A stretch of DNA of 64,000 nt, from NCBI RefSeq assembly GCF_036321535.1, contig NC_087436.1, forward strand, positions 48,238,001-48,302,000, read 5' to 3'. The notes under the pieces are model-generated. The model saw only the letters and a list, made by a program, of their open reading frames with translations, did not search any database and was not told the DNA's origin. Shown here one piece after another: positions 52,186 through 64,000 of the stretch. Source of the stretch: Camelus dromedarius. Taxonomy: Eukaryota. Every line of letters begins with the position of its first letter. Position 1 is the first letter of the stretch. A program made the translations under genes and the position numbers.

Positions 52186-54149
52186 ATATACACAAGGTAT
52201 TGTTATCTGATTAGTAGGGGAAATAAAAGAGTATGGATTCCCATTTTGGGGATTTCTAACTTCCTTCCGTTAGCAGGTTCACAAATTATTATTTCTTACT
52301 GAGGATAATTCCCATATTCACCTTAAAAAATGTCTTCTGGGCCTGAGACGAATGTTTCCCCTTTTCTATATCAATTCAAATTTGAAGGGATAGTTACCTT
52401 TCAAACCAACTTGGAAAATAAGTATTTACCATAAAATTATAGACTCAATAGTCTGTTAATTTACTGCCAAAACGACTTATGAAAGCATTTTCCCACATAT
52501 TTTGTTAAGTTGTGTAACTGACATGAATGATGCTATGTTGACATGACTCCATGAAAGACAGGGTGACGAAATTAAAGCTGCATGTTGCAGTTACCTTGGC
52601 ATCAGTCACTCCATAAAATAAATCATTGATGGTGCTATGTAACTTTCATTTGAAACATTAAACATCTGATGGCACTTTTTTCCCATTTGAAAATAATTAA
52701 AGAGCCATTTATTTCACTGTTTGAATTAGTCTTTTATAATTTATATCCCCAACAATTTAGTCACTAGGGCAGCAACGGCTTTCACACAAATGACAAGACA
52801 TGTCAGCACAAATAAAACATTTATGCAAAGAGCACCAGTAGTTAATCATACACCAGATCCAAAACTTCTATTCTGGATATATGAGAGTGAAGATGGTTTG
52901 CTAACAGGAATGAGCTCACTGGACAAGATCACAGAGTTCCAGGCAAAGACCAAAATAATGTATCATCACATAAAGCATCCTTTCCAAGTCTGCAGTCACA
53001 CAGTGGACAGGGAAAAGGGTGGGAGAGCAGAGGAGGGGTGAGTGCTGTTTGATTAGGGACAGAGAACTACCAAGGGATGCGAAGAGCAATAACTAGAAAC
53101 TGTGCTGGGATTACTCACATTTGACCCCATTTTATGTTTTTAAGATTTTGTTTGAACTTAGCTTTAAATTTATGATAGACCTTATTTTAGAAGAACAGTT
53201 AGAAAGGAAATAAAGGAGTAAACCCTGTTGACTGGTCAGTTGCATCAATGTATGAGAAAAGGGAGACATGGTGACACAGACTTTAGGACGCAATTTGGAT
53301 ATTATAGCATGATTCCTATTCTGGCGGGTGGTGGCCATATTCTAAAATCAGTGCTCATCAAGCTCTTCACGGTAGACTGCATGAGCTGACTGTGGTCCAT
53401 GTGGTCAACATGAATGGATCACTATGAATTGGGTGTGGGAGTCACTTCTCTCTAAGTAACTCATACATAATCCACTTTTCAGATGGTATGGAATTTTTTC
53501 TCCTGTAATATTTAATTTTCCCTCTAATTGAATTAACCTCATTGGGAACAAAAATAATTCTTTAATGTTGCGACTTTACAGAAGTCATAGAAATTGAGAA
53601 TATTAAATATTTTGGGGTCACTAAGCATAAAGATTCTATTTGCCTTTTCTCACTTCATTCAGTTTTTATCATCTTCTTTCAAGCTGCTATATACTCTCAT
53701 CAAAACATCCCACACCCAAAGCTGTATTAATTAAAAACCACATTTCTATAAGTAATCTATAGAATCCAATTATGGTGGGAAATGGTTAAAAATAAAACTT
53801 TTTAGTTTGTCTGTTTTTACTTTAAACTTACTGTGCAAGTGCTGAGGATAAAATTTCACTGATTTTTTTGGTAAATGTTGATAAAACTACTGTTCAATGG
53901 ATCAGCAAGGAAAACAACAAGATGATAAACTATAACGATTGTTTCAAATAATCAAAACGGGCAAAGCCAGAATAAATAAAGCAAGGGATTAACTCACTTA
54001 TCCAATAAATATTTACTGATCACCTCACTATGTACCAAGGAAAAATATAGTAAATTGATGATCAGGAACTCATTCTATGAAACTATCTTCCAAAGAAAAC
54101 TGGATAAACACCATTATTTCTATCAGTGAGGAGTTGTTCCTATCATCCA

Positions 54150-54335
54150 ACAGAGAGCAGAAAGATGTGATCCTTGAGCAAGTTACTTACCCTCACTAAG
54201 CCTTAGTTTCTCATCTAAAATATGGAGATGGTCATAATAACGCCTGTCTCAAATTGTCCCAATAATTGCTTAAGTAACACATTTAATACACTTAGAAAAG
54301 TGGCAAAAAGTATACAATAAACATAATAAAATAAA
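54150..54335 (+). mobile_element. MIR
   Basis: TGTGATCCTTGAGCAAGTTACTTACCCTCACTAAGCCTTAGTTTCTCATCTAAAATATGGAGATG. Confidence 0.8.
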
Positions 54336-54874
54336 GCCTAAAAAGTATCTTGTATTGCCTCTAGGTTCTAATTAAACAACCTAATAAATATAAACTCTAG
54401 GTAAGCATAGAACTTAAATATCTTAGAACAGAATCTATACAATTTTTCCCTTAAGCACTGGATATACAGCAATAGCTTCAACTTCAGCTGCTCCCATTGC
54501 CTGTACTTTTGTACTGACCTTTGTGATTTCTGTGCATGTTCCAGTTATGTTGATCCTAAATATAAACCCTGTCTAAATTAATTTTCTTCACTTGTTCTTC
54601 CTGAAATCTGCCAATAAAATGCTATTATTGAATATGGTTCTGAGCAATGAGGGTCAAGGAATATAAAATTCATAGTCATCCTCCAGATGAGATAGACTAT
54701 GTCTGAAATGCAACTCCTTGCAAGGATATTATTCCTGTTAAAAAATAACTCTTTAGATTCTTCCTTTGCTTCAGAAATAGTCTACACCCATCAGTGAACT
54801 AGCAGAGCTCCACATTTGGACCTGTAAGTCACTGAGAAGAGAAGGTATCTTTCCCATGTACATACAGACAGTTG

Positions 54875-54985
54875 CCAATGATTGGCTGGAACTGGCAGGT
54901 ACCAACTTGTGAGAGATGATTTTGTGCATCTCTTTCCCATTTTCACATTCATTAATAGTTGGTAGCTTAAAATCAGCCAACTCAC
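54875..54985 (+). mobile_element. MER63-like hAT DNA transposon fragment
   Basis: GCTGGAACTGGCAGGTACCAACTTGTGAGAGATGATTTTGTGCATCTCTTTCCCA...GTTGGTAGCTTAAAATCAGCCA. Confidence 0.7.
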
Positions 54986-55035
54986 CAGTTCTTTAAGAAC
55001 AGTGTCTAGGGATTCTTACTTCAATTATTCAACAG

Positions 55036-55212
55036 CCCAACCATCCATCCATCTGCCCACCTCTCCTTCCATGCACCTTTCCACTCATCCAACTCTTCAG
55101 GTATCCATCTACACATCCATCTATCCACTCATGCATTTACTCACCCACCTATCATCCATCCATCCATTCAACTGCCCATATATAGACCCATCTACATCTA
55201 CTACCTACATCC
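55036..55212. repeat. Degenerate (CCAT)n low-complexity tract
   Basis: Direct reading; explains the P/S/H-rich ORF 55002-55223. Confidence 0.85.
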
Positions 55213-56194
55213 TAAGTTGCTAGCTAGAAATCACCCCATAGATACTGGCATATGCTATATGAACTTTTGGGGGTTTTTTGAGAAATATTTGTTAAACAGC
55301 TAGTAGTCTTTAACATTTGCACAACACTGAGAATAACCTAGTGACTATTCCCTTCCTCTGAACTTTTTTCATATATTAAATGCCAGTTTATTTTAAACTG
55401 ACTGTAAACATCATGGGATGGCTGAGAAGCCTGCCATATAGGCCAAGGGATCTGTCTGCACTGTTCCTCACCCAGGGAGCCTGAGCCTTGGAAAATGCTC
55501 AGCCAAGAGGACCTGAAGGGAGGGGAAGATGTCAGGAGGCCAGGATGTCTAGCATCCTAAGAAGTAGAATTTGTGGGGAGGGCAGGGGAGGATAGGGAAA
55601 TGGATGCAAATTGCATTCCATAAATACTAGTGTGAAATAAATGAAGAAATTTACATTTTCTTTCCTATAACCAAATTTGTTTTTTCTTTTGAATCATATT
55701 CCACAAAAGTCTGAGGAGTTAATCTCAGTCTTCCCTAACCTCCCTCTGGACTTACCCAGAATGTTGAGTCCACTGTGTCACAGTGTGGATTGGGGGATTA
55801 TACAGCTGATCACTGGATATACCAAATACTCATACTGACATCTCATCTGTTATGGAATACGCATTCCCATCTTTTCTCCCATAACTGACTTGTTTTGGTC
55901 ACTGCTGGACATCTTTCTCACGTGGGAAACATTCTACTGCTCCCATCTGCTCTGAGTCTTAGGTAATTGTGAGGCTAACTTGGAAAAATCATTCAGACAC
56001 CCTCCAGAGGATTTCTACTTTCCCAGGCCCTACGTGGAACACTTTGGGGAAGGTGATCAAATAGGACCCTTCTGCTCTCAGTTACTCCAACTTATCTGAG
56101 GGTCTATGATACCTTTCTCCTCCCCCTGGCATATAGCGAACTCTTTTTTTGGGATTTGTCAGCGGAAAATGATTTATTCTCCCATCTCTCCTAC

Positions 56195-56383
56195 TTGTTC
56201 TGGGGACATTTTTCAGTGTACATAAAAAGAAGATTTTCTTTTACAGCATCATGGATTTTATATTTCCTAAGTTTTTTAGAAACAAAGTTTTGCAATTCAA
56301 AGCTATGGTTGGGGAAATTAAAAGATATTTTTTCTTTGTTCTGTTTTTCTGCTCGGTGTTTCTCACTCTGACTGTATGAAATG
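56195..56383 (-). CDS. Candidate 189-nt internal coding exon (ISYSQSEKHRAEKQNKEKISFNFPNHSFELQNFVSKKLRKYKIHDAVKENLLFMYTEKCPQN), product unknown
   Basis: Acceptor TTACTTTTTCTTTCACCACTTAG|C; weak donor AA|GTAGGA; length is a multiple of 3, phase 2-2, open throughout; peptide not recognised. Confidence 0.3.
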
Positions 56384-56709
56384 CTAAGTGGTGAAAGAAA
56401 AAGTAAGTACAGAGAACTGCAAGTAGACTTCATAAAACTTCAAATAATCATATCCCACCATATTTGCATTAACATATTTACTTATAATACAAAGGGAAAA
56501 ACATCTTTTAAAATAATTACATGGCTTATATTTTATAGGCGGTTGCAGAGTCAAGTGAGGGGTTATGAGCAGTGTTTGGGCAGGAAACAAGCAAACTTTT
56601 AAGGATTCGGTCCAGGAACATCTAGTATTGAGTGTGATTTGACACCTGTATCACAGAGGGGTAGTTAAGGAGACAAGTAGAGAGCTGCACTGCATGCAAT
56701 AGAAGGCAG

Positions 56710-56710
<1 letters not shown>

Positions 56711-56756
<46 letters not shown>

Positions 56757-56774
56757 ACACATACACACACACAC
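56711..56774. repeat. (CA)n microsatellite, ~32 units with two interruptions
   Basis: Direct reading. Confidence 0.97.
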
Positions 56775-58309
56775 AGGCTTGTTTTATATATTCCACATGT
56801 AACCTCCCTATATTTTTCTCCTAGATCCTTGAAAATCAGGGTGAGAGTGTAGGTCTCAGGGTACACACTAAAGCTGCCTTTTGACTCACCATTTCAAAAA
56901 TTGGCATTGGAGGATTAGGTTATAATCTAATCAGGAATGCAAGATATCATAAAGGTCCATTAAGTGCTGAAATTCAGCAATAGTTTTGAGAGGTAAAACA
57001 TCTTAAATCATATTCCTCTGTAATAACTCCTTTTTCTGAAGAATGTGAACTACTGATGTTATACTCACAACTTTTGGTACCCCTTTTCTAAGCTTTCTCA
57101 ATAATTCACAACTTCTCCTAAATTCCATAATTTTACAAAAGGATGATGAATCATTGTGAGTGTGAGCTCAATATAAGTTATTTCACTTTCCAAAGAGAAA
57201 AGTAAAATGTCACACAGAACATTCTAAGTGAAAGGGCTGATCCTAATCCCATACTATTCCAAAAGAAGGATTCATTCAACTACATCTGTTAATCTTTCTC
57301 ACAAAGACTAATTTTGCAAGAGCTGGCCAAGGAAGGACAGATAATATAACATGGAAATCCCCTGCATGATTGCAGTATTTCTCTAGAGCGTGCTTATTGT
57401 TAATTTATGACTTTGCACCTTCCACAAGGACTGTTGAGAAGAAGTTCTAGGCGCTTTTACTCTTTTGAATCTAAGTTCATAAACAAGACAATATATTCCA
57501 GGAAAAAATTATAGGGCATTATGCACTACTTAAATTAACCCTTAGACCCTCATTGACTTCAGAAAGGAAAAGGGTAAATGATGAATAGAGCCAGAGTTGT
57601 TTAATCAGATCTACACCCTCTTAAAATGCTACAGTAAAAAAACATGAGACCCCAAATGACCAAACAGTAACAGGAAGTCAAACAAAGTTATATATATTAA
57701 CAGTGAACTAGGGAACTCCTGTGAGGCATAATACCCAGTGCACTCAGTGCATATAACCCCTTACACACCAAAAGAGATTTTTTCTTCAGGATTAATCTGT
57801 ATTAAAATAATATATAGTATAATATAAGGTGACTTCTCACCACGGAAGAATACTAGAACTTATTTATTTTCTGCTTTGGAGATAATACCAAAACACCACC
57901 ACCAAAAACATGACAAATAACTCTATAGTCACTGCTGTTGTCAACACATTTTGGGAAAAAATACCTCTGTGGCAGATGTCAAGATTGTGTTGGCAAAGCT
58001 ACATGCTGGAGCATAAATACATGGGGTTTTGTGCATCAGTTATAGCAACCAGAGGTCATATTAGTTCACCTCTATAATTTTTAGTAGAAACTCTTTCATC
58101 TTATAAAGACTGAGAGTAGCATTAAGTTCAAGCAGGGTGGCATCCAGAAGATAACCATGTTTGCCTTGTAAATCCTCCATGACTCTTGATAGATCAGATA
58201 TATTATTTTGTCACTTACTATTTATGCTAATAAGCCACTTAAAAATCCTGTCTTACACATCATATTCTATTACTGATTTAAACAGATTGACTGTTAAAGA
58301 GAAAAACAT

Positions 58310-58530
58310 GTGCTTTTGTATGCAAATAAATCTGGCTTTCAATCGCAATGCTTTCACTTACTAGATGTATGACTTTAAACACATTGCATAAAACTTTCTG
58401 GGCATCATTTTCCTCATTTGTAAAATAGGGATCAAATTATGTAAACTATGACTTTGTTATGAGTACATAAAACAACTAGCAGAGTAACTAACCCAAAACA
58501 ATACTGGCTAAACACTGGTTATCTCTTACC
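58310..58530 (+). mobile_element. MIR
   Basis: TTCACTTACTAGATGTATGACTTT...CATTTTCCTCATTTGTAAAATAGGGAT. Confidence 0.8.
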
Positions 58531-58624
58531 TTCCTTCCCTTCTCTGTTACTGAACACAAAAGACATGTAGAGAAAATAAGAAAAACACAAATCTTACCCA
58601 TAATTCAGCTCTAAAAATCTACTT

Positions 58625-59570
58625 TGGAGCATCTCCTTAGCCCAGGTTGCCTAGAACACAGAGCCTGAGTAATGCTTTGATGAGCAATGCCAGAGTAGCT
58701 AAAAGGAAAATAAGGCAAAGAAGAATGAGAAATGAAGAGGTGGTGAATTACTCAGAGGTCTTTTCTTCACGAAGAGACACAATCTTCCCTCTGTTACTTA
58801 TATGAACGAAACATACTGCGAACCATATCAGTAAACAAAGAATGCTGAAGCCATCAAGTCATCAGCTGCTGCTGCCACCCCCCAGTGAAGACAAGCCTGC
58901 AGCCCAGCCTCTGCAGCCACTCACAATGGTGCACTCTGAGGGGACTCAGAATAAGAAAGGACAGGATACTGGCCCTAGATAGCTAGGTGCTTGTCAAAGG
59001 AATGAATTCAATGAGCCCAAATGTTTGCTCCCTCCCATACATAGAAAAGTGCTAAATTATTTAACTTGAGATGTCTGGTTTTCTTTAGTTAACAAGTAAT
59101 CTTTTAATGTTCGATCTACCTGGTCTTTGTTGTAAAGCTCCTATATACCCTAGCTCCTCCTCTATCTCTTCAGAGCAGTCCTTCAGAGTGATCTGAGAGG
59201 CTGTCATCCCAGCTCGAGTCCTCCCGCCAAATTAAACAAACCTCTCAACTTTTAGGCTGTACATTTATTTCAGCTGACGCTTACAACATCTACAGGCAGG
59301 CTGTAAAGAAACACCATGTCCCAAAATAGACAAAGAAGAGGAAATGGAGCAGGACTTTATCTGTCTGCTTCCACCACCTTTCATTGGTCAATGTTTGTCC
59401 ATGGGGGTTTCTGGTTTGCATTCAACAGGTCAGATAATGGACTGCCTAGACTTGCATAGGGAGTGGGTGGGTCTTCACGGCAGCAGCCAGAGCAAAGAGT
59501 CAAGAGCTCCAAAGACAGGCAAACAGAGAATCTGAAGCAGCACCTAGGAGGTGTCACTACGGTTCTTACC
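58625..59570 (-). mobile_element. Old ERVL LTR (LTR33/LTR16-like) split by an ERV1 LTR
   Basis: CCAGGTTGCCTAGAACACAGAGCCTGAG at left; TTTATCTGTCTGCTTCCACCACCTTTCATTGGTCAATG...GGAGGTGTCACTAC at right. Confidence 0.5.
58801..59279 (+). mobile_element. ERV1-class solo LTR
   Basis: Perfect 4-bp TSD CTTA at 58797-58800 and 59280-59283; decayed termini TA...CG; CCTATATA TATA-like box; ATTAAA near 59231. Confidence 0.85.
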
Positions 59571-60439
59571 AACTTTTCTTCATCAGATTTGCTTGAGTGT
59601 CATGTGGCACCAAGTTTCCTTTCTTGAATCCCTTAAGCTCTTATTGTTGGATTTTAAGCAGACATGGACGAGAGAGGTCTTTCGACAACAGAAACATCTG
59701 TGTAGAGGTGTCATAGAGCAATCTGAAGCACGCAGTGGCAGATAACTTTGAGTATCAAAATTAGATATTGGCCTGCTGGTCTTGTTGTTCAGTCTTGAGT
59801 CATGGATCTGGATAATAGAGTCAAGGGCTGCATGCCAAGTAACACAGAGTTGTGGTATCCTCTTGAACTTTTGAATGAGGTTTACAGTAGGTAGAAATTG
59901 GAAAATTTAGCCCTAAAGGCATGCTGGAAGAATTCTTGACTCCTAGAAAGAGAACAAATGTTTCAACCTCATTTTGTACCTAGTTCCCAGATGTTGCACT
60001 TGAGTGTCAAACAGTTGAGGGCTCGATGCCTCTGGCATTGTATAGCTCAGCACACTATATGAAAATGTCCTCACTTGGACTGTAAAATTAATTACTCCCT
60101 GATTTTTCTGCAAATGTGTCATGTAGATAATTCTAATGCCTCAGAACACTTTTTTACCAGTAGAAGATGGAGGAAGTTAGTATTAGTTACATTCTGAGAA
60201 AGGAAGAAAAAGAATGGGATGAGTTATGAAAAAATCCCATTTTATTCTTGGCCTAGGTAGTTTATTTTTTTTAAGAACTTACTCTTCAGAGATAAAGATC
60301 ATACAAGCAGAGCTGCAGTAACATAAAGAAGTTATATTGAAAGATTTAATTTCACATATTCAATGCATTCAAATGTTCTAAGAGTTCTACAATAATTCTT
60401 TAGTTATTTTAGTAAAATATTATAAATGTTAATTTTAAT

Positions 60440-60645
60440 GATATCAAGTCATCCTGGCTTTACTATTAACTAATTGGAGGACTCTGAGAAAATAAATTCA
60501 TTCACTTTTTCTTTTTCAGTCTCCTCATCCAGAAAACAGAGATAATAAGTTATTTTGATGACTGATAGAGTTAATCGTGTAGTACTTAGAAAAGCACTGG
60601 CTTCTAACAATTGCTCAGAAAGAGTTGGTTGTTTTTATTATTTTT
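60440..60645 (+). mobile_element. MIR
   Basis: ATCCTGGCTTTACTATTAACTAATT...TTCAGTCTCCTCATCCAGAAAACAGAGATAATAA. Confidence 0.7.
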
Positions 60646-60649
60646 AAGT

Positions 60650-62470
60650 AGTAGTAGTGGCAATATAGTTATATAATGCAGAAGATTTCTAATAAAAGAG
60701 GCATAAATCATACCAAATTCACCTTTACATAAATAATCATCCTTAATAATAACTGAGTATTATTTTGGCATTTCTCTACACATGCATACAGATAGAAGAC
60801 TATATGCATACAAAAAAATACATAGGCCAGCAAAATAATCTTTGACAATTTACACTCTGTTTTCTATTCTAAAATAAAAATACTGAATTTAACTGTAAAT
60901 GTAACAGAATTAAGAGCTGAAAGGAAAATAGGGGGATGACTGAACTTCAAATATTCTGCAACCAATAGATAGTTCCTGAAAGAGGCCTCAGAGATTAAGA
61001 AACAAAATCATAAAAACTATTAAGAAATTGAAGTCATTAAGTTTATTTTTTTTGCTTTGTAATATTATCAATTGACTCCATGTTTTACAAGATTAAAAAA
61101 AAATCCATAATTTTTCCATCTTCCCTCCTCCATTCTCTTCTGAAAGACATACCATTTATTTTGTATTTTCAAGGTTTATAACTTATATTCTGATCTTAAA
61201 CTATAATTCTCCATTTTCTAAGCAAAAATGTGTTCTATATTTAAAAGAACTCAAGTCTTTCACCAGTTTTGTGTTGTTTTCGCTTTGGTTTGTTATATTT
61301 GCTGTTACTGTTATTTAGTCTTTTGTTTTAAACCACTACTTCTTTAAGCCTGAGTCCTTTGTTTCAACTTACCTCTTCATTGGATTTCATCATCAAGAGA
61401 ATTTTTTCAAGAAAAGCTCAAATGTGCTATATTCTTTGTGCCTGCCTGAGATGTTTTCCTCTTGCCTGTATCCTCAGAAGACAACTTGGCTTGGTATAAA
61501 ATTCTTGGGTCTGGTTAAAATTCTCCCATCATAACCATTGTATAATTATTGCTTCACTGTAACCTAGCACTGAATTTTGCACTAGTCAAACCATGACTTA
61601 CTCCATTCACCCTGGTTGCCTGGATTTCATCAGTATTTCTGTTTTCAAGAAGGTTTCTAAATGCTCTACTCCTTGAGTTTTCCCTATTTAGGAGTATCTG
61701 CCAGTCACTTTTACATTTGCATGACAACATGGACTCTATATAATATTCTTTAGAAATACTTTCCCACAATACTTGATAGATATTAATTTGTTGTCTTTTG
61801 GTCTTTTGGTATTGAGTATTACTGTAAAGAAATTTAAACTCAGTCTTTAAATGTCAGGATAACTAAGAAATCACTCCTTAGCCTTAGGACTTAGTAATTT
61901 AACCAAGATGTATCAGTATCTTTCTCTGGAACACATGAGATATCCTTATATCTGTAGATTGATTTTTTTCCTTTATTTTAGAGAATTTATCATCAATTAT
62001 AGCTTTACATATTTCTTCTGTCCACTTTATTGAATTACCTAATCAAGTGCACCAATCTTTCTAGTGTTGAACAGTCTTTGTCCTATTTCTCTTTTTGTCT
62101 TTTTTTCTAGTTGTTTTAAATTTCTTTTTCATCCATATGTCCTGTGATTATATTGAAACTTTCTTCTATGTAATTATTTAGAGTTAGCTGTGTCTGCTAT
62201 TTCTAACTTGTTTCTTAATTATATAACAGTATTATTTTGACCCTCAATTATTTTCCTGTCTTTTAGTAATCTCCATTTTTATCCTAGTTTGTGTTTTCTC
62301 ATTTTATTTTTAAGTCTCTGTTTTATTGAATCTATGTTCTTTATTGTATCCTTCCATAAAAATAAAACACCTATAGGAAATTTTTTTCTATCTCATGGTT
62401 TTCAAGCTAGGTTCTTTCTTTTGCATATCATTTATTTCATTTCTGGTAATAGTGTGTTTTCATATCTGTC
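60650..62470 (-). mobile_element. Old L1M/HAL1-type fragments
   Basis: GAAGACAACTTGGCTTGGTATAAAATTCTTGGGT, AATTTAACCAAGATGTATC, T-rich antisense ORF1-like composition. Confidence 0.6.
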
Positions 62471-62499
62471 ATTTCTTTTTTTCCCCAGTGATTTCTTTT

Positions 62500-63652
62500 T
62501 TCTAATTTTTTATTTGTTATTAAAGAATAGCTGATTTATAATGTTTCAGATATACAGCAAAGTGATTCAGTTATACATATATATATGTATATATATATGT
62601 ATTCTTTTTCAGATTCTTTTATTTTATAGTTTATTGAAAGATACTGAATTGAAAGATCCCTGTGGTATACAGTAGGTCCTTGTCATTTGTTTTATATATA
62701 GTAGAGTGTATCTGTTAATTCCAAATTCCAAATTCATCCCTTCCTTACCCCATTCCCCTTTGGTAACCATAAGTTTGTTTTCTATACCTGTGAGTCTATT
62801 TCTGGTTTATAAATATGTTCATTTGTATCATTTTTTAGATTCCATATATAAATTATATTGTATGATATTTGTCTTTCTCTTACTTCACTTAGTATGATAT
62901 TCTATAAATCCATCCATGTTGCTGCAAATAACATTAACTCATTCTTTTTAACAGCCGAGTAATATTCCATTGTATATATATATACCACATCTTCTTTACT
63001 CATTCATCTGTCAATGGACATTTAGGTTGTTTTCATGTCTTGGCTACTGTAAATAGTGCTGCAATGAACATTGGGGTGTATGTATCTTTCTAATTGGAGT
63101 TTTCTCTGGATATATGCCCAGGAGAGGGATTGCTGCATCATATGGTAACTCTATTTTTAGTTTTTTAAGGACCTGCCATACTGTTCTCCATAGTGGCTGC
63201 ACCAACTTACATTCCCATCAACAGTGTAGGAGGGTTCTGTTTTCTCCACACCCTCTCCAGAATTTACTATCGTAGACTTTTTGATGATGGTCATTCTGAC
63301 TGGTGTGAGGTGATACTTCATTGCAGTTTTGATTTGTATTTCTCTGGTAATTAGCAATATTGATTATCTTTTCACGTGCCTCTTGGCCATCTATATGTCT
63401 TCTTTGGAGAAATGTCTATTTAGGTCTTTTGCCAATTTTCTGATTGGGTTCTGTTTTTTTATTGAGCTATATGAGCTGTTTGTATATTTTGGAAATTAAT
63501 CCCTTAGTCCTATTGTTTGCAAATATTTTCTCCCATCCCATAGGTTATCTTTTCCTTTTGTTTTTGGTTTACTTTACTGTGCAAAAGCTTTTAAGTTTAA
63601 TTAGTTCCCATTTATTCATTGATGCTTTTGTTTCCATTACTCTATGAGACAA
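62500..63652 (-). mobile_element. L1 3' ~1.15 kb (ORF2 end and 3'UTR)
   Basis: ORF 63157-63357 [25 protein letters not shown] is L1 ORF2p; CATTTCTTTTT near 62470 and 63660 is a likely TSD. Confidence 0.93.
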
Positions 63653-64000
63653 ATCTTTCCATTTCTTTTTATCTCACTATGCTTAAGCCAGATAGCTATA
63701 ACCAAGAGTTGTATTTTCTCTGATAAAGTTTTAACATTTTCCCTTTGATTCTCTTTCCATCTTATTTCAAGCCTGATCGTGCTCCGTACAACAAAGAGGG
63801 AAGGAAGTTAACAGGAGAAGGAGAAAGGGGAAATTTTACTGAGGCTACTAACAACCTCTGTTGGATGACATGGGCTTCATTGCCTCTTTGAGATTTAGTT
63901 AAACACCTTGTACCAGAATTCTTTACATTTGGTCAATGCATCCATTTCCGTGGGAGGATGGGCTTCAGAATATTCCCCCAATTCCATACAGAACCCATCA

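Noticed and set aside
55398..55440. GACTGTAAACATC resembling mir-30
   Set aside because: The match stops after about ten mature bases and there is no hairpin partner; it fits a decayed L2 3' end.
56651..56866. Cys/Val-rich ORF
   Set aside because: Translation of the (CA)n microsatellite.
58530..58549. 20-nt minus-strand microexon with strong-looking splice sites
   Set aside because: It lies at a MIR tail, and the frame needed to join the 56383 exon begins with TAA; not supportable without reads.
13514..59279. The two related LTRs as ends of one provirus
   Set aside because: They are 45 kb apart, visibly diverged, and each has its own flanking duplication.
1..64000. CRISPR arrays, operons, defence systems, rRNA or snRNA genes
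   Set aside because: Mammalian repeat-rich DNA; no regularly spaced repeat-spacer array, no long ORFs and no recognisable structural RNA sequence.

Overview
AT-rich, CpG-poor eutherian genomic DNA, most likely from a camelid. The tRNA-derived SINE at 10.8-11.0 kb has the Vic-1-type head GGGAGGGTATAGCTCAGTGGTAGAG, and the young L1 3' ends are cetartiodactyl-like. Much of the window is transposable elements (L1, L2, L3/CR1, MIR, MaLR/ERVL/ERV1 LTRs, MER63) and microsatellites. Repeat subfamily names are from recalled consensus sequences and most repeat boundaries are approximate. Almost all ORFs in the supplied track are chance or TE-derived; I recognise no full-length protein and assign no gene symbol. 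The repeat-poor 17-32 kb block looks like the 3' end of an unidentified minus-strand spliced transcript: a ~4.5 kb terminal exon (24048 to ~19530), a tiny stop-containing penultimate exon (24174-24132) and possibly an upstream 189-nt exon (56383-56195). The best-supported oddities are traces of genome dynamics: an L1 3' transduction, a 59-bp segment copied locally once directly and once (partly) inverted, a three-level LTR nest, a twin-primed L1 and a perfect 66-bp tandem duplication. I found no CRISPR, operon-like or otherwise demonstrably new biological system.
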